Counted from the stretch's first letter, positions 27,775-38,600 are shown. The stretch is 64,000 nt of DNA from Occultella glacieicola (GCF_004353825.1 NZ_SMNA01000004.1:248001-312000); one strand, 5' to 3'. The notes: a model not told the origin generated them from the sequence alone. A program made the numbers and translations.

Positions 27775-27835
27775 GCCTGTCGCGACCGGCAGTCGGGGGC
27801 TTGTCACGCCCGGGGCACGTCGCCTACCATGATCG

Positions 27836-27849
27836 TCGATGCGTATCGA
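27836..27849. promoter_or_regulatory. LacI operator, copy 1 (autoregulatory)
   Basis: TCGATGCGTATCGA; one mismatch to the perfect palindrome at 28978. Confidence 0.7.
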
Positions 27850-28927
27850 CGACGAACGTGCGGGGGTGGCGACGGGCCCGGTGGGCCCGTCGGTCGCAGC
27901 GCCCCGCGGTCGCCGCGGCCGGCCGGCGCCGACGAGCAAGGACGTCGCCCGGGTGGCCGGTGTCTCGCAGAGCACCGTCTCCTACGTGATGAGCGGCAAG
28001 CGTCCGATCTCGGAGCGGACCCGCCGGACCGTCCTCGAGGCGATCGATCAGCTCACGTACGAGCCGAACGCGGGTGCCCGGGCGCTCGCCGGACATCGGA
28101 CCAATGTCGTCGGTCTGGTGGTGCCGTTCCACAACCCGGAGACGGCCAGCGGACTGATGGCGTTCGCCGAGGAGATCGCCGTGACCGCCCGCGGGCGTGA
28201 CTACGACGTGCTGATGCTCACCGCCGCGGAGGGCCCGGCCGGGCTCGCCCGGGTGCAGCGGCGCGCGATGTGCGACGCAGTGATCGTCATGGAGATCACC
28301 ACCGACGACCCCCGGGCGGCGATGGCCCGGGAGCTCGAGATGCCGGTCATCTTCATCGGTATGCCGGGAGACCGGGCCGGCCTGCACTGCATCGACTTCG
28401 ACTTCGAGACCGGCGCCGAGTTGCTGGTCGACGAGCTCGCCGACGTCGGGTGCCCGGAGATCGCGGTGCTGGGCTGGTCGCAGGACCGGGTCGGTCTCGG
28501 CATCAACTACGTCCCGCGGTTCCGCACCCATGCGCAGGCCCGTGCGGCCGACCGGGGGATCGCGCTGCGGTGGATCGACGCACCGCACACCCGCGCGGGC
28601 GTCGAGGGTTTCCTCGATGCCGTGCTCGGGCCCGACGGCGGCCCGCACCCGGGGCTGCTGACGGTGCACAGCCCGCACGACCTCGGCGCCGCGCTGCAGC
28701 AGCGTGGCCTGGTGCCCGGCCGTGACCTCGACCTGGTGTCCCTGTGCACCGATGTCGAGGCCGAGGGCCAGCCGGTTCCGCCCACGGCGGTCTCCCCGCA
28801 GCCCCGGGACGTGTCCCGGCTCGCGATGTCGTGGTTGTTCGACCTGCTCGAGGGCGACGTGCCCGCCGAGCTGCGCCTCGTGGACGCGCGCCTGACCCGG
28901 CGTGGCTCCGTTCGTCGGGCCGGCTGA
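27839..28927 (+). CDS. LacI family regulator
   Basis: PTSKDVARVAGVSQSTVSYVM...Y.PN..ARAL; sugar-binding C-domain. True start may be slightly downstream. Confidence 0.93.
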   Translation: MRIDDERAGVATGPVGPSVAAPRGRRGRPAPTSKDVARVAGVSQSTVSYVMSGKRPISERTRRTVLEAIDQLTYEPNAGARALAGHRTNVVGLVVPFHNPETASGLMAFAEEIAVTARGRDYDVLMLTAAEGPAGLARVQRRAMCDAVIVMEITTDDPRAAMARELEMPVIFIGMPGDRAGLHCIDFDFETGAELLVDELADVGCPEIAVLGWSQDRVGLGINYVPRFRTHAQARAADRGIALRWIDAPHTRAGVEGFLDAVLGPDGGPHPGLLTVHSPHDLGAALQQRGLVPGRDLDLVSLCTDVEAEGQPVPPTAVSPQPRDVSRLAMSWLFDLLEGDVPAELRLVDARLTRRGSVRRAG

Positions 28928-28977
28928 CCGCCGGCTGCGACCCTGCCCTGCTCGATCCCATTGAACCCGATTCGCAA

Positions 28978-28991
28978 TCGATACGTATCGA
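28978..28991. promoter_or_regulatory. LacI operator, copy 2
   Basis: Perfect 14-bp palindrome TCGATACGTATCGA with central CG, upstream of the SBP gene. Confidence 0.75.
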
Positions 28992-29064
28992 CGGACCCGT
29001 GGCGACCCCGATGGCCGCAACGGCCCGGTCCACGCCGACGTGGGCCGGACAGAGAGGAAACGAG

Positions 29065-30303
29065 ATGTCCCGCATTTCCAGATCCCGAGCCCTGCTCGCC
29101 ACCGCGGCCGCCGTGCCGCTGGTGCTCGTCGCCGCCTGTGGCGGCACTGATGGCACTGACGGCGGTGGCGACGGCGGCGGTGAGGTCACCGAGCTGCACG
29201 TCGTCGACTACCACAACAATGAGCCGAACAAGTCCGTGTGGCAGGGCGTCCTCGACGGCTGCGCGACGGAGGTCGGGGTGTCGCTGAACCGCGAGACGGT
29301 GCCCGGCGGTGACCTCATCGCGAAGGTGCTCCAGATGAGTTCTTCGCGCACGCTGCCCGATGTGCTCATGCTCGACAACCCCGACGTCCAGCAGATCGCC
29401 GAGAGCGGCGCCCTGGCCCCGCTGTCCGATTTCGGCCTCGACCCGGGCGGCATCACCGAGGGCGTGCTGTCCGCCTCCACCTACGAGGGCGAGCTCTACG
29501 CCCTGCAGCCGGTCACCAACACGATCGCGCTGTTCTACAACACGCAGATGCTCGAGGAGGCCGGCATCGAGCCACCGAGCACCTGGGACGAGCTCGAGAG
29601 TGCGGCGGCCGCGCTCACCGAGGGGGATCGCTACGGGCTCGCGCTGTCGGCGATCAACACCTACGAGGGCACCTGGCAGTTCCTGCCGTTCATGTGGTCC
29701 AACGGTGGTGACGAGTCCGACATCGCGACCCCCGAGGTCGCCGGTGCGCTGCAGCTGTGGAAGGACCTGCTGGACGCCGGGTCGATGTCGCAGTCGGTGG
29801 TCACCTGGTCCCAGGGGGATGTCGCGGACCAGTTCGGCAGTGGCAACGCCGCCATGATGGTCAACGGCCCCTGGAACTTCGGCACCCTCGCGGAGGCGGA
29901 CGCGGACCTCGAGTACGACATCGTCCCGATCCCCGCACCGACCTCGGGAGACACGATCATCTCGCCGTTCGGTGGCGAGGCCTGGGCGGTCCCGCAGACC
30001 GGTGACGCGGATCGGATGGCCGTGGCCGCCGAGTTCGTGCAGTGCCTCGTCGGGGAGCAGGCCGTGGTCGATGCCGCCGTCGGTACCAACACGGTCCCGA
30101 CCGACCCGTCCCTGGCCGACACCGTGGTCGAGCAGGTGCCGAACCTGGCCTCGTTCGCCGCCCAGGTCCCGGACCTGCGGGCCCGCACCGGTGAGCTCGG
30201 ACCCGAGTGGCCGACCCAGGCGACGGCCATCTACGAGGCGGTCCAGAACGCACTCGTCGGCGGCATGAGCCCGGAGGACGCGCTCGCCCAGGCACAGGGC
30301 TGA
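29065..30303 (+). CDS. Sugar ABC transporter substrate-binding lipoprotein
   Basis: Lipobox VAAC; LPDVLMLD, ALFYN, P.TWDEL, GNAAMMVNGPW; RBS GAGGA. Confidence 0.92.
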   Translation: MSRISRSRALLATAAAVPLVLVAACGGTDGTDGGGDGGGEVTELHVVDYHNNEPNKSVWQGVLDGCATEVGVSLNRETVPGGDLIAKVLQMSSSRTLPDVLMLDNPDVQQIAESGALAPLSDFGLDPGGITEGVLSASTYEGELYALQPVTNTIALFYNTQMLEEAGIEPPSTWDELESAAAALTEGDRYGLALSAINTYEGTWQFLPFMWSNGGDESDIATPEVAGALQLWKDLLDAGSMSQSVVTWSQGDVADQFGSGNAAMMVNGPWNFGTLAEADADLEYDIVPIPAPTSGDTIISPFGGEAWAVPQTGDADRMAVAAEFVQCLVGEQAVVDAAVGTNTVPTDPSLADTVVEQVPNLASFAAQVPDLRARTGELGPEWPTQATAIYEAVQNALVGGMSPEDALAQAQG

Positions 30304-30307
30304 CCCG

Positions 30308-31267
30308 GTGACCGCCACCGAGGTACGCGCCGGGTCCGGCGGGCTCGTCCCGCCGGCCCCGGCCCGGTCCGGTCGTCGCCGACCCGTCACGCGGCGGCGC
30401 CTCGTCCAGTTCGCGTTCCTGGTCCCGGCCCTGGTGTATCTGGTGCTGTTCTTCGGCTATCCCGTGGTCAAGAACCTCATGATGGGATTCCAGGAGTACA
30501 CGACCAGGACGTTCTACACGGGCGAGGCGCCCTGGGTCGGGTTCGCGAACTACGTCACGGCCGTGACCGACCCGGTGTTCGACCAGGCGCTGCTCAACAC
30601 CGGACTGTTCACGGTGGGCTCCATCGTCGGGCAGTTCACGATCGGCCTGCTCATCGCCCTGTTCTTCCACCGGCGGTTCCACCTCTCCGGCGTCCTGCGC
30701 TCGTTGCTGCTGCTGCCGTGGCTGGTCCCGATGATCGCCGCGTCGGCGGTCTGGCGATGGATCCTCGACACCGACCACGGGGTCCTGAACCGAACGCTCG
30801 ACCTGCTGCCGTTCGTGGACGGACGCCCTGCCTGGCTGACCTCGACCACGTTGGCGCTGGTCGCCGTCATCATGGTCAACATCTGGCTCGGCATCCCGTT
30901 CAACGCGACGATCCTCTACGGCGGGCTGCAGGAGATCCCCGAGGAGCTCTACGAGGCGGGCTCGCTCGACGGCGCCACCGGGGCCCGGGCGTTCTGGCAC
31001 ATCACCTGGCCGCTGTTACGGCCGGTGGTGACGGTGGTCCTGGTGCTGGGCGTCGTCTACACGCTGAAGGTGCTCGACGTCATCCTGGGTCTGACCAACG
31101 GCGGTCCGGCGAACGCGACCCAGACGATCTCGACGTTCTCGTACCACATGTCCTTCCGCGAGTTCGACTTCGGGGTGGGGGCCGCACTGGGCAACATCCT
31201 GGTGCTGATCTCGCTCGTGTTCGCCATCGTCTACCTGCGTCTGAACCGGCGCGCAATCGACGAGTAG
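30308..31267 (+). CDS. Carbohydrate ABC permease (MalF-like)
   Basis: WVGFANY, ELYEAGSLDGA...FWHITWPLL, TNGGPANAT. Confidence 0.93.
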   Translation: MTATEVRAGSGGLVPPAPARSGRRRPVTRRRLVQFAFLVPALVYLVLFFGYPVVKNLMMGFQEYTTRTFYTGEAPWVGFANYVTAVTDPVFDQALLNTGLFTVGSIVGQFTIGLLIALFFHRRFHLSGVLRSLLLLPWLVPMIAASAVWRWILDTDHGVLNRTLDLLPFVDGRPAWLTSTTLALVAVIMVNIWLGIPFNATILYGGLQEIPEELYEAGSLDGATGARAFWHITWPLLRPVVTVVLVLGVVYTLKVLDVILGLTNGGPANATQTISTFSYHMSFREFDFGVGAALGNILVLISLVFAIVYLRLNRRAIDE

Positions 31268-31281
31268 AGGCTGGAGGTCTC

Positions 31282-32163
31282 ATGAGTGCCGCAGTTCCTA
31301 TCGCCCGGCGAACCTCGGGTGGCGACGTCGCCGGGAGTGCGTCGAGGGTCCCCACCCCGCGCCGGCCCGGTCACACGATCCTCGGCGTGATCATCATCGC
31401 CGTCATGCTGTTCCCGCTCTACTGGATGCTCAACGTCTCGCTGCAGCCGGCGGGCAACGCCGTTGCGACGCCGTGGCTCCCGTTGGACCTCTCCTGGGAC
31501 GGGTACGCGACGGCCCTCGCCGAGCAGGGCGGCAACCTGGTGACGAGCCTGATCGTCAGTCTCGGTGCCGTCGTGTTCAGCCTGGTCGTCGCGGCGCCGG
31601 CGGCCTACGCCCTGGCGCACTTCCGGTTCGGCAAATGGGTGGTCGTGCTCCTGTTCGGGGTGCTGACCACGCAGATGGTGCCCGGCATCGTCGTCGCGAA
31701 CGCGCTCTACAGCGCCTACAGCGACCTCGGGCTGTTGAACACCTACGTCGGCCTGATCCTGGCCGACTCGGCCGCCGGCATCCCGTTCTCGATCATCCTG
31801 ATGCGGGCGTTCATGATGAGCATCCCCGCCTCGATCGTCGAGGCGGCCTACGTCGACGGCGCAGGTCCGGTCCGTGCGTTCGTGTCCGTCGTGCTGCCGA
31901 TCAGCCGCAACGCCCTCATCACCTCGGCGCTGTTCACGTTCCTGTTCGCGTGGGGGGACTTCCTGTTCGCGCTCACGCTGACGACGTCGGAGAGCATGCG
32001 GCCGATCACGCTCGGCCTGTACAGCTATATCGGTGGCTACGTGAGCGACTGGTCCCCGATCATGGCGACGGCCGTGCTCTCGTCGCTGCCGGCCATCGCC
32101 CTGCTCGTCCTGGCCCAACGCTACGTCGCCGCCGGCGTCACCGGCGGCGCGGTCAAGTCCTGA
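31282..32163 (+). CDS. Carbohydrate ABC permease (MalG-like)
   Basis: [12 protein letters not shown]-terminal [23 protein letters not shown]. Confidence 0.93.
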   Translation: MSAAVPIARRTSGGDVAGSASRVPTPRRPGHTILGVIIIAVMLFPLYWMLNVSLQPAGNAVATPWLPLDLSWDGYATALAEQGGNLVTSLIVSLGAVVFSLVVAAPAAYALAHFRFGKWVVVLLFGVLTTQMVPGIVVANALYSAYSDLGLLNTYVGLILADSAAGIPFSIILMRAFMMSIPASIVEAAYVDGAGPVRAFVSVVLPISRNALITSALFTFLFAWGDFLFALTLTTSESMRPITLGLYSYIGGYVSDWSPIMATAVLSSLPAIALLVLAQRYVAAGVTGGAVKS

Positions 32164-32206
32164 TCACCCACTCACAGCTCGATCCGACAACCCGAGGAGT
32201 CCACAC

Positions 32207-33028
32207 ATGTCCGAACCGATCCGCGTTCTCGTCTGGGGCGAGAACCGCCACGAGCAGCTCGAGCCCGCCGTCGCCCAGCGCTATCCCGACGGGATGCACG
32301 GGGCGATCGCGCAGGGGATCGAGGCGAACCTGGGCGGGCGCGTCCGGGTGCGCACCACCACCCTGGACGAACCCGAGCACGGCCTGACCGAGGAGGCGCT
32401 CGCGGACACCGACGTCCTGATCTGGTGGGGCCACGCTGCGCACGGCGAGGTCGCCGACGAGGTGGTCGAGCGGGCCCACCGACACGTCCTGGCGGGCATG
32501 GGCCTGATCGTGCTGCACTCGGGCCACTGGTCGAAACTGTTCATGAAGCTCATGGGCACCACCTGCACGCTGCGGTGGCGCACCGAGCACGACCGCGAGC
32601 TGATCTGGACCGTCGACGCGACCCACCCGATCGCCCAGGGCATCCCGCACCCGATGATCATCGAGGAGGACGAGATGTACGGGGAGCAGTTCGACATCCC
32701 GGCCCCGGACGAGCTCGTCTTCATCTCCTCCTTCAGCGGCGGTGAGGTGTTCCGCTCCGGATGTACCTTCAAGCGTGGCCACGGCAAGATCTTCTATTTC
32801 CGGCCCGGCGACCAGGACTTCCCCACGTACTTCCACGAGGGCGTGCGCCGGGTGATCTCGAACGCCGTGGAGTGGGCCCGGACGGTGCGTCCCGAGCGTG
32901 GCCTGCCCACCCTGCTGCGGTACGAGACCGAGGACTTCTACAACGGCCACGGCTACGGCGGGGCGCTCAGCGCCGAGGCCGTCGCAGCGGCGGAGCAGTT
33001 GTCGTCCGAGCACGCGGGCGCCGAGTGA
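32207..33028 (+). CDS. thuA: ThuA family (trehalose utilization) protein
   Basis: [71 protein letters not shown]. Confidence 0.9.
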   Translation: MSEPIRVLVWGENRHEQLEPAVAQRYPDGMHGAIAQGIEANLGGRVRVRTTTLDEPEHGLTEEALADTDVLIWWGHAAHGEVADEVVERAHRHVLAGMGLIVLHSGHWSKLFMKLMGTTCTLRWRTEHDRELIWTVDATHPIAQGIPHPMIIEEDEMYGEQFDIPAPDELVFISSFSGGEVFRSGCTFKRGHGKIFYFRPGDQDFPTYFHEGVRRVISNAVEWARTVRPERGLPTLLRYETEDFYNGHGYGGALSAEAVAAAEQLSSEHAGAE

Positions 33029-34146
33029 GCGGGACGGGGCCCACGACGGCGCCGCTGCGGCTGGTCCAGGTCGGCGCCGGCAGCATGGGCCGGGCCTGGC
33101 TGCTCGCGATCGCGGCGAACCCCGACGTCGAGCTGGTCGGACTCGTCGACCTGGACCTCGACGGGGCGGCGGCGGCGCTCGCCGCCGCCCCGGCGGGTCT
33201 GGGTGCGGGCGACGTCGTGATCGGCACCGACCTGACGAGCGTCGCCCGCGAGACCGGCGCGACAGCCGTCGTCGATGTGGCAGTCCCCGCGGCGCACCAC
33301 CAGCTCACGACGGCGGCGCTGTTCGCCGGTCTCGACGTGCTCGGTGAGAAGCCGGTCACGGAGACGGTGGCGCAGGCGCTCTCGCTGGTGGCCGCGACCC
33401 AGGTGACCGGGAGACGCTTCGTGGTCAGCCAGTCCCGCCGCTACATCCGGGAGGCGTTCCAGTTCCGGACGGCTGCCCGGGCCGTCGGGACCGCCGGGAC
33501 CCTCGCCGTCGACTTCTTCAAGGCGCCGCGCTTCGGCGGGTTCCGGGAGCAGATGGCGCAGCCGCTGATCGTCGACATGGCGATCCACCAGTTCGACCTC
33601 GCCCGGTTCCTGCTCGACGCGGACCCGGTCGCGGTCTACGCGGAGTCGTTCAACCCGCCGTGGAGCTGGTACGCCGGCGACGCGTCCGCGGTCGCGACCT
33701 TCGAGATGAGCAACGGGTCCCGGTTCGTCTTCAACGGGTCCTGGTGCACGCCGGGTCTGGAGACCTCCTGGAACGGCGACTGGCGTCTGTCCGCAGAGCA
33801 CGGCAGCGCGACCTGGGACGGGGACCGGCTGCCGGTGGTCGAGGCCCCGGCCCCGGTCGATCTCACCGACGTGGCCGATCCGGGCCGGGAGCTGGTCGGG
33901 TCGCTGGCCGCGTTCGTCGCCGGCCTGCGGGGCGCCCCGATGATGTGCGAGGTCGCGGACAACGTGCTCAGCCTGGCGATGGTGGAGGCCGCGATCGCCT
34001 CGGCGGCCTCGGGCCGACGGGTCGCGGTCGACGACATCCTGGAGCGCGCGTACGCCGACGCGCTCGACGCGGAGCAGCGCGACGACGTTCGCACCACCCT
34101 GCTGTCCTGGCCCTCGGTCCGGGAGGGGCTCGTCCGGGTCCCCTAG
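33025..34146 (+). CDS. Gfo/Idh/MocA family NAD(P) oxidoreductase (ThuB-like position)
   Basis: [18 protein letters not shown] motifs; GTGA overlap with thuA. Confidence 0.9.
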   Translation: MSGTGPTTAPLRLVQVGAGSMGRAWLLAIAANPDVELVGLVDLDLDGAAAALAAAPAGLGAGDVVIGTDLTSVARETGATAVVDVAVPAAHHQLTTAALFAGLDVLGEKPVTETVAQALSLVAATQVTGRRFVVSQSRRYIREAFQFRTAARAVGTAGTLAVDFFKAPRFGGFREQMAQPLIVDMAIHQFDLARFLLDADPVAVYAESFNPPWSWYAGDASAVATFEMSNGSRFVFNGSWCTPGLETSWNGDWRLSAEHGSATWDGDRLPVVEAPAPVDLTDVADPGRELVGSLAAFVAGLRGAPMMCEVADNVLSLAMVEAAIASAASGRRVAVDDILERAYADALDAEQRDDVRTTLLSWPSVREGLVRVP

Positions 34147-34916
34147 CCGTGGGCCTCGGGGTTCACCGGGACGTCGTGTGCCTGCAGCCACGCGATGACC
34201 TCGGCGCGTTCGGCGGCGGCCCGGTCGTTCAGGAGTTCGGGGTCGTACCCGAAGTAGTAGTCCTGGAAGGTCGCGCCGCCGCTGGTCTCGGCGAGCGGGT
34301 CGGCCCCGGCGTCCAGCAGGACGACCAGCTGACCGCCCCGGTTGACACGGGCGCAGTCGTGCAGCGGTCGGCTGCCGTTGGCGTCGGCGCCGTCGGGATC
34401 GGCGCCGGCCCCGAGGAGCAGGTCGATGGCCAGATCGGAGGAGGTCACGCACGCCGCGCCCAGCGCCATCACCCCCGTGATCGAGTTCGCGGCGTTCACG
34501 TCGGCGCCGGCCGCGAGCAGGATCGGGACCAGCTCCTCCGACGCGGCGTCGGAGGTGTTCACATCCACGGTGTCCTCGAGGGGGGTCTTGCCCGCCGAGC
34601 CGTTCAGGTCCGGATCGGCGCCCGCGTCGAGCAGAGCGGCGAGGCCGTCGGCGTTCTCGACCAGGATCGCCCACTGCAGCATGGTGAGGTCGTCCGCACC
34701 GCGCGCATCCGGGTCGGCGCCGTCGGCCACCAGTCGCGCAACCGCGCCGGAGTCCCCGGCCGCGACCGCCCGGGCCAGCTCCGCATCATCGTCGTCCGGG
34801 AAGTGCTCGGCGACGTCGGGTCCCGAGCCGCCCGCACCGGGCAGGAGGCCACAACCGGCGAGCACGAGCGCGACCGCGCCCAAGGACGACGCTGCCCGGA
34901 CAACCCGCGTGATCAT
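34143..34916 (-). CDS. Ankyrin-repeat lipoprotein
   Basis: Lipobox LAGC; repeated LL.AGAD(P/V) ankyrin units; C-terminal GATFQDY...WL..H. Confidence 0.85.
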   Translation of the reverse strand: MITRVVRAASSLGAVALVLAGCGLLPGAGGSGPDVAEHFPDDDDAELARAVAAGDSGAVARLVADGADPDARGADDLTMLQWAILVENADGLAALLDAGADPDLNGSAGKTPLEDTVDVNTSDAASEELVPILLAAGADVNAANSITGVMALGAACVTSSDLAIDLLLGAGADPDGADANGSRPLHDCARVNRGGQLVVLLDAGADPLAETSGGATFQDYYFGYDPELLNDRAAAERAEVIAWLQAHDVPVNPEAHG

Positions 34917-34993
34917 GACCGAATGCAACCACGCCGGAGCCGTCCTGTCCGGGGGTGCGGTCGCGGAACCTTCCGGGCCCGCTGACCGGCGAG

Positions 34994-36013
34994 CTACAGC
35001 ACCGCGTCGGGCGGGAGTGCGTCCCCGACGAGCGCGAGCGTCTGGATGGCAGCCAGCGCGTACTGCGAGCTCGCGTTCGTCGACACGAAGGCCGCCTCGT
35101 CCACCGGCGCGAGCACCGCCGGGCCCTCGATCCGGTGGGTGACCCAGTCCAGGTCCGGCCCGTAGCCGTTCCCGCCGGCGAAGAACTCGTCCCACGCGCG
35201 CCCGCGCAGGGCGTCGTCGTCGAGCGCGGCCCCCGCGTACGCCGTCAGCCGGCAGTGCGGCTGGCGCAGGTTCAGGTTGCCGAAGTGCGCGCCGACCTCG
35301 GCCGTCTGCTCCTCCCTGGTCGCGTTGTACAGGCGGCAGTACTGCAGCCAGGCGTCGGCGAACCCGGGCGCCTCCAGGTCGGTGCCGCGGGTCAGGGTGA
35401 GGACCTCCGAGCACATCTCGACCAGACCGAACATCGCGGACAGGTGAGACACCGAGACGTCGACCGCGTCCGTGGCGAACCGGCCGGTGTCGAGGTCGTA
35501 GAGCGCCGAGCCGGTGATGAACCCGTTCTGCATCGCGCCGATGTCCGCCATGGTGCCCAGCAGCTTGGCCCGAGCCGCTTCGTCACCGGTGCGTTCCCAT
35601 GCCGTCAGCCAGGCGGCGGCGAGGCCGCTCCAGTCGGTGCCGAGGCCGATCGAGAGGGCGTTCGGGTCCGGCTCGTACGGCTCGTCGCGGATCTTGCGGA
35701 TCGTGCCGTCCGGCCAGATCGCCGTCGGCCAGGACTGCACCGGGACGCCGTCGCCGCTAGCCGTGCGGAGCCCGATCGTGGTGGCGTCGGTGACGGCGCC
35801 GGCGGGCCAGGGCACGCCCCAGGTGGCGCCGACCACCCCGCCCGCGGAGCCGTCCAGCCATCGCAGCGGGACGGTGCCGTCGCTGGGGACCGGCGCCGGC
35901 TCCCGGGGGCTCGCAGCCGCGCGGGTGACGCCGGAGCCGGTGGCGGCCAGGGCACCGAGCGCGGCACCGGTGCTGAGGAAGGTGCGTCGGGAAAGATCGG
36001 GGAACGCGGGCAT
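34994..36013 (-). pseudogene. Tat-secreted exo-rhamnogalacturonan lyase-like (YetA/RGLX-type) gene with a large in-frame internal deletion
   Basis: Tat signal SRRTFL. N-terminal ATWGVPWP.G...PVQSWP.A.WPDG is joined directly to C-terminal RKIR.EPY...GTDW...WERTG...SHLSAMFG...STN...Q; only 339 aa. Confidence 0.65.
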
Positions 36014-36066
36014 GGTCGGTCTCCAAGTCGTGGCGACAACGGTGTCGTGACGTGAGGGTGCGGTGC

Positions 36067-37410
36067 TCAGCCGCGCAGCGTGTCCTCGGCCTCGGCGAAC
36101 CACTGGTCGGCGGCCTCGGCGGTAGTCACCGTGCCGTAGGCGAGTTCCTCGTGGATCCGCACGAACGACTCCTCGAGGGAGCCGAACCCGTCCACCGGGG
36201 GCGGCGGAGTGTCGGTCAGGGAGTCCGCGATCGAATCCTCGTAGTCGAGGATCTGGGCGTCCAGGCCCTCCGCGACCACGGCGTCGAGGGCGCTCGAGGA
36301 GGCGGGGACGCCGCGGGAGGTGCCGAAGATCTCGCTCACCTGCGCGTCGTTGACGAGGAAGTCGATGAGGGCCGCCGCCTCCTCGGGGTGAGCGGAGTTG
36401 GCCGAGGCGGCCAGCATCAGCGACGGCTTGAGGAACAGGCCGCTGCTCGCGGGGTCGTCGGCCGGCGGCGGGAGCATGGCGAGGGTCGCGCCGCCGCTGC
36501 CCTCGGAGAAGCGGACCAGGAAGTTGTCCCAGCTGATCTCGGAGACGGCCTGCTGGGAGCCGATGGCGTCGGCCCCACTGAGCTGGGCGGCCACGTCAGG
36601 GGGCATCACCACGTTCTCCGCGCGCAGGTCCGCGGTCAGGCTCCACCACTCGGTCAGGTCGTCGGCGGTGAAGCCCAGTGCGCCGTCCTGGTCGAACATG
36701 CTGAGCCCCTGCTGCCCGAGCCAGATGTTGAACAGCCAGAAGATCTGGGTGTAGTCGACCGAGCCGTACACCTGGGGTGAGGAGTCTGCCCCGGCCGCGG
36801 CCACCTCGCGCAGGAAGTCGTTGTAGCCGGCCCACGTGAGGCCGGCCTCCGGGGCGGCCACGCCGAGCTCGGCCAGCAGGTCCGTGTTCACGAACGTGGC
36901 CAGCGTGTTCGTGCTCGAGGTGATGGCGTAGGTGGTGCCCTCCAGCTGCCCGGCGGGCAGCACCGCCTCGGCGATGGTGGAGGTGTCGATCGTCGCGCCG
37001 ATCGCGTCGTCGAGTGCGGCGAGGCGGTCGTTGCCGCCGTAGACGGAGAGGTAGGCGATGTCCATCTGCATGACGTCGGGCAGCGCGCCGCCCGCGGCCT
37101 CGGTGTTTCGGGCCTGCCAGTAGTCGCCCCAGCCGGCGAAGCTCGTCTGCACGGTGACGCCAGGGTTGGCCTCCTCGAAGAGGTCGACCGACTGCTCGTA
37201 GCGCTCCGCGCGGGAGACGTCGCCCCACCAGGCGAACGTGAGGGTGACGTCGCCGCCCGAGGAGGCTCCGCCGTCGCCGGTGTCGCCGCCACCGCCGCAC
37301 GCGGTCAGCGCGAGGGCGCTCGCGGTCGCCATCGCTGCCCACGTCGCGAGCCGACGCGTCCGCGTTGTCGGGCGGGTCCGACCCGACCCGCCTGCCTTGT
37401 TCCCGATCAC
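36067..37410 (-). CDS. Sugar ABC transporter substrate-binding lipoprotein (no adjacent permeases)
   Basis: RBS AGGAGG before GTG 37410; lipobox LTAC; FAWWG...R, LPDVMQMD. Confidence 0.9.
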   Translation of the reverse strand: MIGNKAGGSGRTRPTTRTRRLATWAAMATASALALTACGGGGDTGDGGASSGGDVTLTFAWWGDVSRAERYEQSVDLFEEANPGVTVQTSFAGWGDYWQARNTEAAGGALPDVMQMDIAYLSVYGGNDRLAALDDAIGATIDTSTIAEAVLPAGQLEGTTYAITSSTNTLATFVNTDLLAELGVAAPEAGLTWAGYNDFLREVAAAGADSSPQVYGSVDYTQIFWLFNIWLGQQGLSMFDQDGALGFTADDLTEWWSLTADLRAENVVMPPDVAAQLSGADAIGSQQAVSEISWDNFLVRFSEGSGGATLAMLPPPADDPASSGLFLKPSLMLAASANSAHPEEAAALIDFLVNDAQVSEIFGTSRGVPASSSALDAVVAEGLDAQILDYEDSIADSLTDTPPPPVDGFGSLEESFVRIHEELAYGTVTTAEAADQWFAEAEDTLRG

Positions 37411-37535
37411 CGAGCCTCCTCGCTGGTACCTGAGATCAACGGACCTGAGCGGTCCCGACCTACCGGCACACATGGTGGACGGCCCCGGCGGTCGCGCCCG
37501 GGAAACGGACAATAACGTGCACGATCGGACGCGAC

Positions 37536-38600
37536 TCAGGGGGCCGGCGACGTGGACTCCCGGACGGTCAACCGGGGCAGCAGCTGCACCTGGTACGGCG
37601 AGCGGGGCCGCTCCGGGTGGGGCTGGATCCGGTCCGCGAGCAGGCGCAGCGCCTCCTGGCCCAGTTCGCGGCGCGGCGACGTGATCGCGGTGAGCGGGAC
37701 GTCCGCGTGTGCCGCGAGCTCGTCGTCGTAGGCGACGATCGCGAAGTCCTCTGGCACGGTCAGGCCGATCTCGTGGGCCACCTCGACGAGCCGGGCGGCG
37801 TGGAAGTCGGTATGCACCACGGCGGCGCGGACCTCAGCGGCCAGGCACGCCCGCAGGAACGCCGCCAGGGTCCGCATCAGGCCACCCGGGTCCTCCTCGC
37901 CCTTGGGCAGGGATACGACCGGTCCCGCGTCGATGCCGAGCCGGGTCAACGCGACCGGGTAGCCGGTGTGCAGCCAGGGCGCGGTGGGGGTGCGGTCGAA
38001 GACGGCCAGGCCGACGGCGCGATGACCGCCCCGGGCGAGGTGCTCGAGGGCGAGGCCGATCCCGTAGATGTGGTCGGTGCGGGCACTGTCCAGGCGACGC
38101 ACCTGCAGGGTCTCCTCGACGCGGCGCTCCAGCATCACCACGGGCACCGGCAGCGTCTCGATCCACCGGGCCACCTCCTCGACGTCCTCGCCACGGATCG
38201 TGGGGGAGACGACCAGGCCCTTCGCGCCGAGATCGAGCAGCCGCTGCACGCGGCTGCGCTCGAGGTCCGGGCGGTAGTGCGAGACCGCGAGGGCCAGGCG
38301 CATCCGGTGGGTGAGGGCGGCGGCCTCCATGCCGCGGATCACCTCGGGGAAGTAGGAGGTGGTGCTCGGGATCACGATGCCGACGAGCGTGCGGGCCGCG
38401 CGAGGTGGGGTGGTCGCGGCCGGCGCTGCCAACGCGCCCCCGTGCACGCGCGCGAGCAGCCCCGCGGCGTCGAGCTCGGTGATGTCGCGGCGGATCGTCA
38501 CCTGCGAGACGCCGAGGTCCTGGGCCACCTCCGCGGCCACGACGCTGCCGTGCAGCTCCAACTGGCGCAGGAGGTGTTCGTGGCGGGCGCGCGGCAGCAG
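37536..38600 (-). CDS. DeoR-HTH / LacI-type sugar-binding domain regulator (probable CTG start)
   Basis: DeoR HTH LGVSQVTIRRDI..L...GLLARVHGGA; periplasmic-binding fold with VPEDFAIVAYDD; GAGGAG-N6-CTG gives MLPRARHEHLL. Confidence 0.85.
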   Translation of the reverse strand: MLPRARHEHLLRQLELHGSVVAAEVAQDLGVSQVTIRRDITELDAAGLLARVHGGALAAPAATTPPRAARTLVGIVIPSTTSYFPEVIRGMEAAALTHRMRLALAVSHYRPDLERSRVQRLLDLGAKGLVVSPTIRGEDVEEVARWIETLPVPVVMLERRVEETLQVRRLDSARTDHIYGIGLALEHLARGGHRAVGLAVFDRTPTAPWLHTGYPVALTRLGIDAGPVVSLPKGEEDPGGLMRTLAAFLRACLAAEVRAAVVHTDFHAARLVEVAHEIGLTVPEDFAIVAYDDELAAHADVPLTAITSPRRELGQEALRLLADRIQPHPERPRSPYQVQLLPRLTVRESTSPAP

